Assembly: GCA_963668645.2 (NCBI GenBank) | Contig: CAXXWC010000003.1 | Span: 288,001-352,000 of the forward strand | From: Desulfobacterales bacterium | Lineage (GTDB): Bacteria; Desulfobacterota; Desulfobacteria; Desulfobacterales; UBA2174 | Direction of reading: 5' to 3' | Length of the DNA stretch: 64,000 bases | In this document: piece after piece, positions 37,264-48,184 of the stretch | How the letters are laid out: each line of letters begins with the position of its first letter | Position numbering within the stretch: the first letter of the stretch is position 1 | Notes under the pieces: model-generated | What the model was told of the DNA's origin: nothing | Seen by the model: the letters and a program-made list of their open reading frames with translations, nothing else | Databases searched by the model: none | Program-made: the position numbers and the translations under genes

Positions 37264-38406
37264 ATGGCCAAAACCGCAATGATTCCCATCGAAAACGGCG
37301 ACCTGCTGGCCGGCCTGCGCCGGTTTTTGCGCAAGGTGCTCGAACTGCCGCAAATCCGGGCCCTGCTCGTGCCTTGCCAGCTGCCGATGAAGGCCGTGGT
37401 GATGCCGACCCTCGTGACGGACCCGCAACGCCTGGCAGGGGCCAATCCCCTGGCGCCGGCCTTTCCCCTCAACGCGGCCAGAATGGTCTCGCGCCTGACG
37501 CGCAAAACGGCCGGGGGCACCATTGTGGCCGTGCTGCGATCCTGTGAGATCCGCGCCTTTGTCGAACTGGTCAAGCTCAAGCAGGCACGCTGCGAAGAGC
37601 TGGTGCTGATCGGCATCGATTGTGCCGGAGCGTATACCAACAGGGATTTTTCAAGATGCGCCGACCAGGACATCGAGGCCCTCACCGCCCGTTTCGTGGA
37701 AAGCGTGCTGGGCGGCGCGGACGAGGAGGTGGACGGGATTGCTCCGGCTCCGGCCTGCCAGGCCTGCGACGCCCCCCTGCCCGAGGGCGCGGACCTGGGC
37801 ATTTTTCTTTTCGGTGCCGCAAAGGACCGCGGCCTGCCCGTATCGGCCCAAAGCCAAAAGGGCCAAGAACTGCTGGAGCGGCTCGATCTGCCCGGCGGGC
37901 AGATTCCGGAGTCACGCCAGACGGCCGTGGCGGCCCTGCTGGAAAAACGCCTGGCCCAAAAAACCGCCATGATGGAAGAAACCCGGACCCTGACCAATTC
38001 CATCGAAAAACTGAGCACCTACCTGGCCAACTGCATCAACTGCTACAACTGCCGCGTGGCCTGCCCGGTCTGCTACTGCCGCGAATGCGTCTTTGTCACG
38101 GATGTCTTCGACCACGAACCGTCCCAGTACCTGGCATGGGCCGGCCGCAAAGGGGCCGTGAAAATGCCCACCGACACGGTCTTTTACCATCTGACGCGCC
38201 TGGCCCATATGGGTACGGCCTGCGTCGGCTGCGGCCAGTGCACCAACGCCTGTCCCAACGAGATCCCTCTGCTGGAGCTATTTCGCACCGCCAGCACCCC
38301 GATCCAGGAGGCCTTCGGCTACCACCCCGGCCGCAGCCTGGAGGAAAAGCCCCCCCTGGCCGAATTTCGCGAACGGGAGTTCGAGGAGATCGTCGGAATC
38401 GGGTGA
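37264..38406 (+). CDS. FrhB/FdhB-family iron-sulfur protein
   Basis: LRSCEIRAFVELVK, IGIDC.G, CINCYNCRVACPVCYCREC, CVGCGQC..ACP. Confidence 0.85.
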   Translation: MAKTAMIPIENGDLLAGLRRFLRKVLELPQIRALLVPCQLPMKAVVMPTLVTDPQRLAGANPLAPAFPLNAARMVSRLTRKTAGGTIVAVLRSCEIRAFVELVKLKQARCEELVLIGIDCAGAYTNRDFSRCADQDIEALTARFVESVLGGADEEVDGIAPAPACQACDAPLPEGADLGIFLFGAAKDRGLPVSAQSQKGQELLERLDLPGGQIPESRQTAVAALLEKRLAQKTAMMEETRTLTNSIEKLSTYLANCINCYNCRVACPVCYCRECVFVTDVFDHEPSQYLAWAGRKGAVKMPTDTVFYHLTRLAHMGTACVGCGQCTNACPNEIPLLELFRTASTPIQEAFGYHPGRSLEEKPPLAEFREREFEEIVGIG

Positions 38407-38435
38407 AAAATCAAAATTTTTGCGGAGAGGTTCCA

Positions 38436-41400
38436 ATGAAACACAAAATCGGTAAAGCCCTCGTCGTCGGCGCCGGGATCAGCGGGATTCGCAGCGCCCT
38501 GGACCTGGCCGAAACCGGTTACGGCGTCACCCTGATCGACCAGGCGACGCATATCGGCGGAATCCTGACCCAGCTCGACCACCAGTTTCCCACCAACCAC
38601 TGCGGCATGTGCCGCATGCTGCCACTGGTCGAACGCGACGCCGGCAGCCAGTTCTGTTTGCGCAAGGGCTTGTTCCACGAAAACATCGAGATCCTGCCGG
38701 CGACCCGGATTACCGGCATCGAAGGGGAAGCGGGCCGCTTCAAGGTCTCGTTGCGCACCCAGCCCACCTGGATCGATCCGCAGCGCTGCGTGGGCTGCGG
38801 GGCGTGCACGCCGGTCTGCCCGGTGGACGTCACCGATGCCTTCAACGCCGGTCTGGGACGGCGCAAGGCCATCTTCCTGCCCGTACCCCACCAGGTGCCC
38901 AACGCCTATGTGATCGACATGGCGGCCTGCACCCGTTGCGGGGCCTGCGAGGCGGTCTGCCCCTGCGGCGCCATTCGACTTTCGGAAGCCGATCGCAAGG
39001 ATTTCCATATCCTGGTGGTCGACGACGAACAGATCCTGCGCGAATCGCTTAAGGCCTGGCTGGAAGACGCCGGTTTCGCCGTTTCCTCGGCCGCCTCGGG
39101 CCCCCAGGCCATCGAGAGGTTGGCCGCCGGCAGTGTACAGCTCATGCTCACCGACATCAAAATGCCGGGCATGGACGGGGTAACCTTGCTGCAAAAAGCC
39201 AAAGAGATCCAACCCGAACTGGCCGTGATCATGATGACGGCCTACGCCACGGTGGACACGGCCGTGGCGGCGATGAAGATCGGGGCCCTGGACTATCTGG
39301 TCAAGCCCTTCGATCCGGAATCGATCCTGCCCATGGTCATTGATGTCCAGGAAGCGGCCCGGGCCGCTGCGGACCGTCAGATCGAGGTCGGGGCCATCGT
39401 CCTGGCCGGGGGCACGGGCTTCTGGGACCCGCGCCAGGGGGTGAATACGTTCGGCTATGGCGAAATGCCCCAGGTCGTCACCAGTCTCGAGTTCGAGCGC
39501 ATCCTTTCGGGCAGCGGCCCCACCGGTGGACGGCTCGTGCGGCCCCACGACGGACGGCCGATCAGCAAGATCGCCTGGCTTCAGTGCGTCGGTTCGCGAG
39601 ACGTCCAGTGCGAAGCGGATTTTTGTTCGTCCATCTGCTGCATGTATGCCGTCAAGGAAGCGGTGCTGGCTAAAGAAAAGGTCGGACCGGATCTGGAGGC
39701 CACGATCTTTTACATGGATATGCGCTGCTTCGGCAAAACCTTTCAGCGCTACCGGGACCGGGCCGAGGCCGAATTCGGGGTGAACTTCCGGCGCGGCCGG
39801 ATCCATTCCATCACTCCTGCCGCGGAAAGCGGCGATCCGTCCCTGCGGTTCGTGGCCGAGGACGGCACGGTGCACCAGGAAATCTTCGATCTGGTGGTCC
39901 TGGCGGTGGGCCAGCAGCCGGCCCGCGGGGCGGCGGAAATCGCCCAGATGACCGACCTGCCCCTCAATCCCTGGGGATTCATGGCCACCGTACCGCTTAA
40001 AGCAGTCTGCACCGAACGGCCCGGAATCGTTGTGGCCGGCTCCTTCGGCGGCCTGAAGGACATCGGCGAATCGGTGCTGTTCGCCTCGGCCGCGGCGACC
40101 GAGGCGGCCCGGGTGATCCATGCCGCCGGCGGCAGCCTGGCCGGCACCGGACCGCAGGCTCCCGTCTACCGGGACGTATCCCGGGAGCCGCCGCGGGCCT
40201 TGGTGGCCCTGTGCACTTGCGGCGAACGGATCTTCGAGACCGTGGACCGCAAGGGCTTGGCCAGGGATCTGGAAAACGACCCGGCCGTTGAACAGGTGGT
40301 CTTCGTGGAACGCGTCTGCACGGCCGAAGGCTGGCAGAAGCTAGGCGAGGCGGTCGCGGGCCGCCAGCCGAACCGGGTTCTGGTGGGGGCTTGCCATCCT
40401 TATGTTTTCGTGCGCCGGTTGCGCGGTCTAGGCGCTCAGACCGGACTCGATCCGGCCCTGATGGATGTGGTGGACCTGCTCTCCTTGAGCCTGGCCTCAT
40501 CAGAGGCCGGCGAAAAGGGGCGCGATAATGATCTGCGGGCACGCCTCGGCATGGCTCTGGCCCGGCTGCAAGGGACCGGAGCGGCCCCGGCCGACGGCGT
40601 GGCCGTCTGCCGGCGGGCCCTGGTGGTGGGCGGCGGCATTGCCGGCATGCACGCAGCCCTGGCCATCGCAGAACGCGGATACCCGGTGGACCTGGTGGAA
40701 AGCGGTTCTCGGCTGGGCGGCAACCTCGAATGGATCGGCCGGACCCTTGACGGGCAGGACCTCGTCTTGCTGCTGGAAGAGACGCGCACACGGGTCGAAC
40801 GCCAGCCGCAGATCACGGTTCATCTGGAAAGCCGGGCCGCAGGGGCCTTCGGCCAGGCAGGACAGTTTTATACCACTATCGAAAAGGCCCAGGGCGATCC
40901 GGAAACGGTGCAACACGGCGTTGCGATACTGGCCACGGGCGGGGGTGAGGCGATCACCGGCGAATACGGCTTCGGATCCCATCCGCATATCGTCACCCAA
41001 AAAGGCTTTCAGATCGGCTTGGCCGAGGGCCGCTTCGACCCGTCCGGCCTCAAAACGGTGGTGATGATCCAGTGCGTGGGCTCCCGCGAGGAGCCGCGCA
41101 ATTTCTGCAGCCGGGTATGCTGTGCCACGGCCATCAAACAGGCCCTGGCACTCAAGGCGGCCAATCCCGACACCCGGGTGGTGGTGCTCTACCGCGACAT
41201 GATGACCTATGGATTTGCCGAGACCTACTTTACCCGGGCCCGCCAGGAGGGGATCCTCTTTGTCGCCTACTCGCCGGACGATAAACCCGAAGTGAGCTGT
41301 GACGACCCGCAGGGGCCGATCACCGTGACCGTCACCGATCCAATCCTCGCACGACCGCTTTCCATTGCGGCCGACCTGCTCGTGCTGGCCAACGGGCTAA

Positions 41401-41861
41401 CCCCGGGCCTGGCCCCCGATCTGGCGGCGGCCTACGGGGCCGAGGTGGATCGGGACGGATTTTTCGCCGAGGCGGAAAGCAAGTGGCGTCCGGTGGACAG
41501 TCTGCGCGAAGGGGTTTTTGCCTGCGGTCTGACCTTGGGCCCGCGCAACGTGGAAGAAAGCATCGCCAGCGCCGGAGCCGCGGCCCAGCGGGCTCTGCGC
41601 ATCCTGGAGCGCGAATGTCTGCCGGCCGCCCGTCTGAGCGCCGTGGTGCGGCACAGCCTCTGCGCCCGCTGCGGCCGGTGCATTGAGGCCTGCCCCTACG
41701 GCGCGCGCAGCCTGGACGAGGAGTTGGACCGGGTTCTGGTCAATGCGGCCGCTTGCCAGGGCTGTGGGGCCTGCGAGGCGGTCTGCCCCAATGGCGCCGC
41801 GGTTCTCAACGGCCTGAACATGTCCCAAATCTTTGGCATGCTCGACCGGGCTCTTGCTTGA
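38436..41861 (+). CDS. hdrA: Tandem HdrA-like flavoprotein with an internal response-regulator receiver domain
   Basis: GAGISG, FPTNHCGMC, two ferredoxin motifs, REC about 39003-39350, CSSICCMY, CTCG, GGGIAG, CSRVCC, C-terminal 2x[4Fe-4S]. Confidence 0.92.
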   Translation: MKHKIGKALVVGAGISGIRSALDLAETGYGVTLIDQATHIGGILTQLDHQFPTNHCGMCRMLPLVERDAGSQFCLRKGLFHENIEILPATRITGIEGEAGRFKVSLRTQPTWIDPQRCVGCGACTPVCPVDVTDAFNAGLGRRKAIFLPVPHQVPNAYVIDMAACTRCGACEAVCPCGAIRLSEADRKDFHILVVDDEQILRESLKAWLEDAGFAVSSAASGPQAIERLAAGSVQLMLTDIKMPGMDGVTLLQKAKEIQPELAVIMMTAYATVDTAVAAMKIGALDYLVKPFDPESILPMVIDVQEAARAAADRQIEVGAIVLAGGTGFWDPRQGVNTFGYGEMPQVVTSLEFERILSGSGPTGGRLVRPHDGRPISKIAWLQCVGSRDVQCEADFCSSICCMYAVKEAVLAKEKVGPDLEATIFYMDMRCFGKTFQRYRDRAEAEFGVNFRRGRIHSITPAAESGDPSLRFVAEDGTVHQEIFDLVVLAVGQQPARGAAEIAQMTDLPLNPWGFMATVPLKAVCTERPGIVVAGSFGGLKDIGESVLFASAAATEAARVIHAAGGSLAGTGPQAPVYRDVSREPPRALVALCTCGERIFETVDRKGLARDLENDPAVEQVVFVERVCTAEGWQKLGEAVAGRQPNRVLVGACHPYVFVRRLRGLGAQTGLDPALMDVVDLLSLSLASSEAGEKGRDNDLRARLGMALARLQGTGAAPADGVAVCRRALVVGGGIAGMHAALAIAERGYPVDLVESGSRLGGNLEWIGRTLDGQDLVLLLEETRTRVERQPQITVHLESRAAGAFGQAGQFYTTIEKAQGDPETVQHGVAILATGGGEAITGEYGFGSHPHIVTQKGFQIGLAEGRFDPSGLKTVVMIQCVGSREEPRNFCSRVCCATAIKQALALKAANPDTRVVVLYRDMMTYGFAETYFTRARQEGILFVAYSPDDKPEVSCDDPQGPITVTVTDPILARPLSIAADLLVLANGLTPGLAPDLAAAYGAEVDRDGFFAEAESKWRPVDSLREGVFACGLTLGPRNVEESIASAGAAAQRALRILERECLPAARLSAVVRHSLCARCGRCIEACPYGARSLDEELDRVLVNAAACQGCGACEAVCPNGAAVLNGLNMSQIFGMLDRALA

Positions 41862-41913
41862 CGGATCTCAACTCTCAGTTTTGAGGTCTGAAATTCTCAA
41901 AAGGGAGTTCTTT

Positions 41914-42486
41914 ATGGCTACGGCCCCCGACACAACGATCCACCTGCCGGCCGCTGACCGGGCTCTGGACGAAGTGCGCCATATGGTCCAGGCCTGCATC
42001 CAGTGTGGCACCTGCACCGCCTCGTGCCCCAACGCGTTCGCCATGGACCTGCCCCCCCGCCAGGTATGGCGCCTGGCGGCGCTGGGACAGACGGACGCGA
42101 TCCTCGGATCAAAGACCTTCAGCCTCTGCTCGGCCTGCTACATGTGCACCCTGCGCTGCCCACGGGGCCTGTCCCTGACCGAGGCCATGGGCCGGCTCAA
42201 GCAGTTGGCCGCTCCGCGGCGGCTGGATCACCTGCGCAGTGCGGACCTCTTTTACGCCGATTTTCTCGAAAGCGTCAGGCGCCACGGCCGGGTGCGCGAG
42301 ATGGAGTTCATGACCCTCTATTTCGCCCATATGATGGATCCGCGGCTTCCGCTGCGCTTCGCCTCGCTCGGGCTGCGCCTGATGGGCAAGGGCAAGGTCT
42401 CGCTGCAGTTTCCGTCCCGGGGCAGCGGACGCCTGGCGAAGATTTTCGCAAAGGTACGGGAATTGGAAACGGAGGAGCGCCGATGA
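41914..42486 (+). CDS. hdrC: Heterodisulfide reductase subunit C
   Basis: CIQCGTCTASCP, CSACYMCTLRCPRG. Confidence 0.92.
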   Translation: MATAPDTTIHLPAADRALDEVRHMVQACIQCGTCTASCPNAFAMDLPPRQVWRLAALGQTDAILGSKTFSLCSACYMCTLRCPRGLSLTEAMGRLKQLAAPRRLDHLRSADLFYADFLESVRRHGRVREMEFMTLYFAHMMDPRLPLRFASLGLRLMGKGKVSLQFPSRGSGRLAKIFAKVRELETEERR

Positions 42487-43367
42487 AATACCTCTACTAC
42501 CCCGGCTGCTCGCTGGAGGGCACGGCCCGCGAGTACGACCGCTCCACCCGCGCCCTGCTGGCCGCCTTAGGGGTGGAATTGACCGCGTTGGCCGATTGGA
42601 CCTGCTGCGGGGCCAGCGCCGCCGAAGCCGCCAGCCGGATGCTCTCGCTGGTGTTGCCGGCGCGCAACCTGGCGCTGGCCGAAGCCCAGGAGCCGGACCG
42701 GGATCTGCTCGTGCCGTGCAGCGCATGCTACCTCAACCTCAAACGGGTCGAGGAAAAGGTGCGCACCGCGCCCGATCTGCGCCAGCGGATCAACACCGTC
42801 CTGGCCGAAGACGGCCTGACCTGCAAGGGCCAGACCCGCACCCGCCATCTGCTCGACATTCTGTCCCGCGATGTGGGGGCTGCGGCCGTTGCGCGACGGG
42901 TGGTGAGGCCGCTGGCCGGGATGCGGGTGGCGCCCTACTACGGGTGTCAGTGCCTGCGGCCCTATCCGGTCTTCGACGATCCGGAGGCTCCCCGGTCGAT
43001 GGAGCCCCTCATCACGGCCGCCGGGGCCCAAGTCCACCCATGGACCATGGGGGGGGCGTGCTGCGGAGCTTCGCACATGAACACCAAGATGGACGTCGGA
43101 CTCGAGCTGGTTGCCGCCCTGCTCGCCGCGGCCCAGGGAGCCGACGCCATCGCCACGGTATGCCCCATGTGCCAGATGAACCTGGAAGCCTACCAGAAAA
43201 AGGCGCTTCCGCGCGCCGCCAACACCGCTCCGGTCACGGTGGTCTACCTGCCCCAGCTTCTCGGACTGGCCCTGGGACTGGATCAGCAGGCCCTGGGACT
43301 CGGATTGAACCTGGCATTGACCAAGTCTTTCCGCCAAAAGCTGCAAAACGCTCCGGCGGCGGCCTGA
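42483..43367 (+). CDS. hdrB: Heterodisulfide reductase subunit B
   Basis: YYPGCSL, WTCCGA, PCSAC, YYGC, CCG, CPMCQMNL (two CCG domains). Confidence 0.94.
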   Translation: MKYLYYPGCSLEGTAREYDRSTRALLAALGVELTALADWTCCGASAAEAASRMLSLVLPARNLALAEAQEPDRDLLVPCSACYLNLKRVEEKVRTAPDLRQRINTVLAEDGLTCKGQTRTRHLLDILSRDVGAAAVARRVVRPLAGMRVAPYYGCQCLRPYPVFDDPEAPRSMEPLITAAGAQVHPWTMGGACCGASHMNTKMDVGLELVAALLAAAQGADAIATVCPMCQMNLEAYQKKALPRAANTAPVTVVYLPQLLGLALGLDQQALGLGLNLALTKSFRQKLQNAPAAA

Positions 43368-43413
43368 TACCGATTGTTACGGGCCGGCCTCCGGCACGGC
43401 AGAGGTGCAGCCC

Positions 43414-45025
43414 ATGAACCGCGCTCGGCCACAACCCGCCAAAACCCGGTCCCCTGCGGCGGCCGGCTCCCAGCCGATCAACAACGGTCAGGGCCTGGCG
43501 CTCAAACTGGCCATCGTTGGCGGCGGCAGGGCCTGCAAGTTCTTTCTCGATATGCTGGACAAAGAATCCTTATCCGGTCTGGACATTCGCATTTTAGGGG
43601 TCTGCGACATCGACCCGGAGGCGGAAGGTCTCTGTCTTGCCGCGGCCCGGGGCATCTTCACCACGGCCGACTTTCACGATCTTTTCTCCATTCCGGGACT
43701 CAATGCGATCATCGAACTGACCAACCGCCGCGATGTCCTGCTCGAACTGGTCAACCACCGCCCCAAGGGCCTGGGGATCATCGAACACAACATCGGCCGG
43801 CTGATCCGCCATTTTTTCCTCACCGAGGAGCGGCTCAAGTCCACCGAAGCCCAACTGGCCGGCGAACGGATGATCTCCGATTTTCTCATCCGCCAGGCCC
43901 GCCAGCGGATCATGGTGCTGCTGCCCGACTTGACCATCGACGATGTCAACAGCGCTTGGCTTTCGGCCCTCGACCGGCCACGCGAGCAGGTGGTGGGCCG
44001 TCCATGCCACCAGATCATCCACGGCCTGCAAGCGCCGTGCAGCCATGCCCTGTTCGGCTACGAGTGCCCCCTGCTCGAAACCCTGCGCACCGGCGAGTCG
44101 GCCCACGTGATCCACGAAGAGCCGGCCGTGACCGGAGCGCCGCTCTACAGCGAAGTGGTCACCTACCCGGTCAAGAATCCCGCCGGCGAGGTGGTGCGGG
44201 TTATCGAAATCTGGCGCGACATTACCCGGGCCATCAGCCAGCGCTGGGAGCACCGCGAGGCCCGCCTCAAGTCGGATCTCAACCGGCTGGTCCAGGAAGA
44301 CCGCATGATCAGCCTGGGCAAGCTGGTGGCCTCCTGCGTGCATGAAATCAACAACCCGATTCAGGGGTTGCTCACGTTCAGTCATCTGATCCAGGCGGCG
44401 GTGGCCGGGGACACCCTCGGACCGGCCGACATGGTGCAGATGCGTGAGTTTTCCGCCCTGATGAGCGAGGAGCTGGCCCGCTGCGGGCAGATCGTATCCG
44501 GCCTGCTCTCCTTTTCCCGCGAGGCGCCCACGGTCTACCGAGACACGGACTTGGGTGCCGTGCTGCAGGGCGTGATCGCCCTGACGCGCCACAAGATGAA
44601 GCTGCAAAACATCGATCTGACCGAAGACCTGGACCCCGGACGGCTCATTGTGCGCGGCGACAAAAACCTGCTCCAGCAGTGCTTTTTGAACCTGATCTTC
44701 AACGCCCTGGAAGCCATGCCCACCGGCGGACGGCTGGCGGTGAGCGCCCGCGCCGGCACCGAGGGCTGCAACGCCTGCATCCAAATCTCCGACAGCGGCG
44801 TGGGAATCCCCGAAGATGTGGTCGAGCACATCTTCGATCCCTTTTTCACCACCAAACCGGCCGGCCAGGGGACCGGGCTGGGCCTGTCCATCGTTTACGG
44901 CGTGGTCAAGGATCATGGAGGCCGGATACGGGTGACGAGCCGGCCGGAGGAGGGGACCCGCTTCGTGATATATTTTCCTTTGACCGCCCGGATCCCGGCC
45001 CAGGGCTCGGACCAGGAGGCGCGCC

Positions 45026-45036
<11 letters not shown>
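43414..45036 (+). CDS. Cytoplasmic histidine kinase: Rossmann-like sensor + PAS + HisKA/HATPase
   Basis: [10 protein letters not shown]...ILGVCDID...IIELT; PAS with CH..HG...PC..CP; HEINNP. Confidence 0.9.
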
Positions 45037-46444
<1,408 letters not shown>

Positions 46445-46948
46445 GTCGACTATGCTCGCCGCCAAGGTGATCGCGGCGCACATCGAAGGATTTTTGGAAT
46501 TGCCCTGCGCCATTTTGCCCGGGTTTCCGCCGCCGGAATTCGCCTTCGATCCCGGCCGGTTGCAGTACGATGCCGGCCGCATCATCGAAGGCTACGAGAC
46601 CCGCGAGCAGGGGGGCTGCAGCAAACTGGTCTGTGTGATGGCGGGGGACCTTTTCGTACCGATCTTCAGCCATGTTTTCGGTGAGGCCCGTCTCGGCGGG
46701 CGGGTGGCCCTGGTTTCCCTTTACCGCCTGGGCCGAACTGGCGACGGCCGGCCCCTGCGGTCCGAGCAGCTTCTGATGCGAGGTGCCAAGGTGGCCCTCC
46801 ATGAACTGGGCCACCTCTTTGCCCTGACCCATTGCAGCGATCCGGGTTGCCTGATGTATTTTACCGGCGACTGCAATGAGCTGGACCGTGTGCCGCTGCT
46901 CTTTTGCCGTTACTGCCGTCAGTTTCTGGCCGATGCTTGCAATCGGCA

Positions 46949-47890
46949 TCAATCCGGAAGGGTCGAGCGGGTGTGAAGAAAACGCTCGACCAAAGTCGCC
47001 CAGTCGATATGGGCAAAGCGGCCATGGACGTCGTTCACGATCCGGCCGCCGGTGGCCGCCAATCGATCGTAGGACGGGTCCACCAACCCGAGCAGGCGGT
47101 GCTGCTCTTCGTCCATCCAGCGCAGCGCCTCCCGGCCGAAGTAGAGATCCTTGAGGTTGCGTTTGGGTTCGTCGGGCTCCACGATGAAAAGCCATCCATG
47201 GTGATAAGGCGCTTCGCGCATCATCTCGGGATGTTCCCAGAGCCGGTGGTTGACCGCCAGTACCCGGCCAGTCACCGGCGCAAGAAAGGCGGCGCAGTCT
47301 TTTTGGCGGGTCAGGCTCCAGCCCACCTGCCCTTGGGCGATGCGCTCACCCAGGGGCGGCAGTTCGGCCGGCCGCAGATCACCGAAAACGCGGCCGACAA
47401 AATCGTCGCAGCCGACCCGCACCCGGCCCGAATGCTCGAAACGCGCCCAACTGTGGCCCAGGTGGTAGTAATACCCGTCGGCCATCTGGATCCCGGCCAC
47501 CGGCCGCAGGCAGGGCGCGTCCATCTCGAAGCATAGATCGAGATCGTCGAGCATCTGGTCAAAGGCGCAGTGGTAGCATTCGTAGTCGTGGGGGCAGGCC
47601 TTGGGTCCCTCGATACGCCCGGTGAGCATGTGGCGGCAGGGACGCTCGGCGCCGTCGTAGCGGCGCTTGAGGTGGGCGACCCAGTGGGGCGCGTCGCTGC
47701 GGCTGTCGCCCCGGGCGGCCAGGTCCATGGCCCGGCGCATGCCCCGGTCGAACGCGCAGGTGGCACAGTCGAAATCGTTGTCGCAAAGCCGGAAATTGAT
47801 AACCCCGGCCTTCATCCAGATGCATTCGTTTTCCAGGACCTTGAAGCCCACGATGCGCTCCTTTTCGGTTTTGGGTCTTGGCTTTGACAT
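46949..47890 (-). CDS. GcvH-like domain protein with two N-terminal 4-Cys repeats
   Basis: CIWM..G....LC.NDFDC..C.FD and CRHM.TG......C..DYEC..C.FD; GcvH-like GHSWAR, VRVG.DDF, APVTG.V.AVN, PY..GWLF. Confidence 0.85.
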   Translation of the reverse strand: MSKPRPKTEKERIVGFKVLENECIWMKAGVINFRLCDNDFDCATCAFDRGMRRAMDLAARGDSRSDAPHWVAHLKRRYDGAERPCRHMLTGRIEGPKACPHDYECYHCAFDQMLDDLDLCFEMDAPCLRPVAGIQMADGYYYHLGHSWARFEHSGRVRVGCDDFVGRVFGDLRPAELPPLGERIAQGQVGWSLTRQKDCAAFLAPVTGRVLAVNHRLWEHPEMMREAPYHHGWLFIVEPDEPKRNLKDLYFGREALRWMDEEQHRLLGLVDPSYDRLAATGGRIVNDVHGRFAHIDWATLVERFLHTRSTLPD

Positions 47891-47929
47891 GGCGCACCTC
47901 CTTGGTGAGCGGGTTTGCCCTTACAGTTT

Positions 47930-47945
47930 AGCAAAACTGGTGCCA
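47930..47945 (-). promoter_or_regulatory. sigma54 promoter of the GcvH-like gene
   Basis: Minus strand TGGCAC-CAGTT-TTGCT, consensus match; AT-rich tract upstream. Confidence 0.88.
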
Positions 47946-48023
47946 ATGGCCTGGATTAAAAGCAATATATTTATAATCAAGACGTTACGTAATCTTAAAG
48001 ACCGATATGGCTTAAAAGGAATC

Positions 48024-48142
48024 TGTAGCCGAAAACGACAACCACCTTGACGAAAACGTCCGCGCAGGCAATAAAAATAAATGAATTAAAGTAGATAAAG
48101 AGAGTGTAGCCAAATGCGAGGGGCCTGTTGCTGAAATCAACA
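48024..48142. promoter_or_regulatory. Candidate enhancer sites TGT-N11-ACA
   Basis: TGTAGCCGAAAACGACA (48024), partial TGTAGCC (48105), TGTTGCTGAAATCAACA (48126). Confidence 0.55.
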
Positions 48143-48184
48143 CCCCTGGATTGTGCCGATGCGCGGCCCGAAAGGCGGGAAACG

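Noticed and set aside
37620..38435. 272-aa N-terminal extension of the second HdrA in the ORF track
   Set aside because: Overlaps the FdhB-like gene in another frame; the real start is ATG 38436 after GGAGAGG. The same over-extension applies to dnaE, guaB, rpsA, vorB, hdrB and the archaemetzincin.
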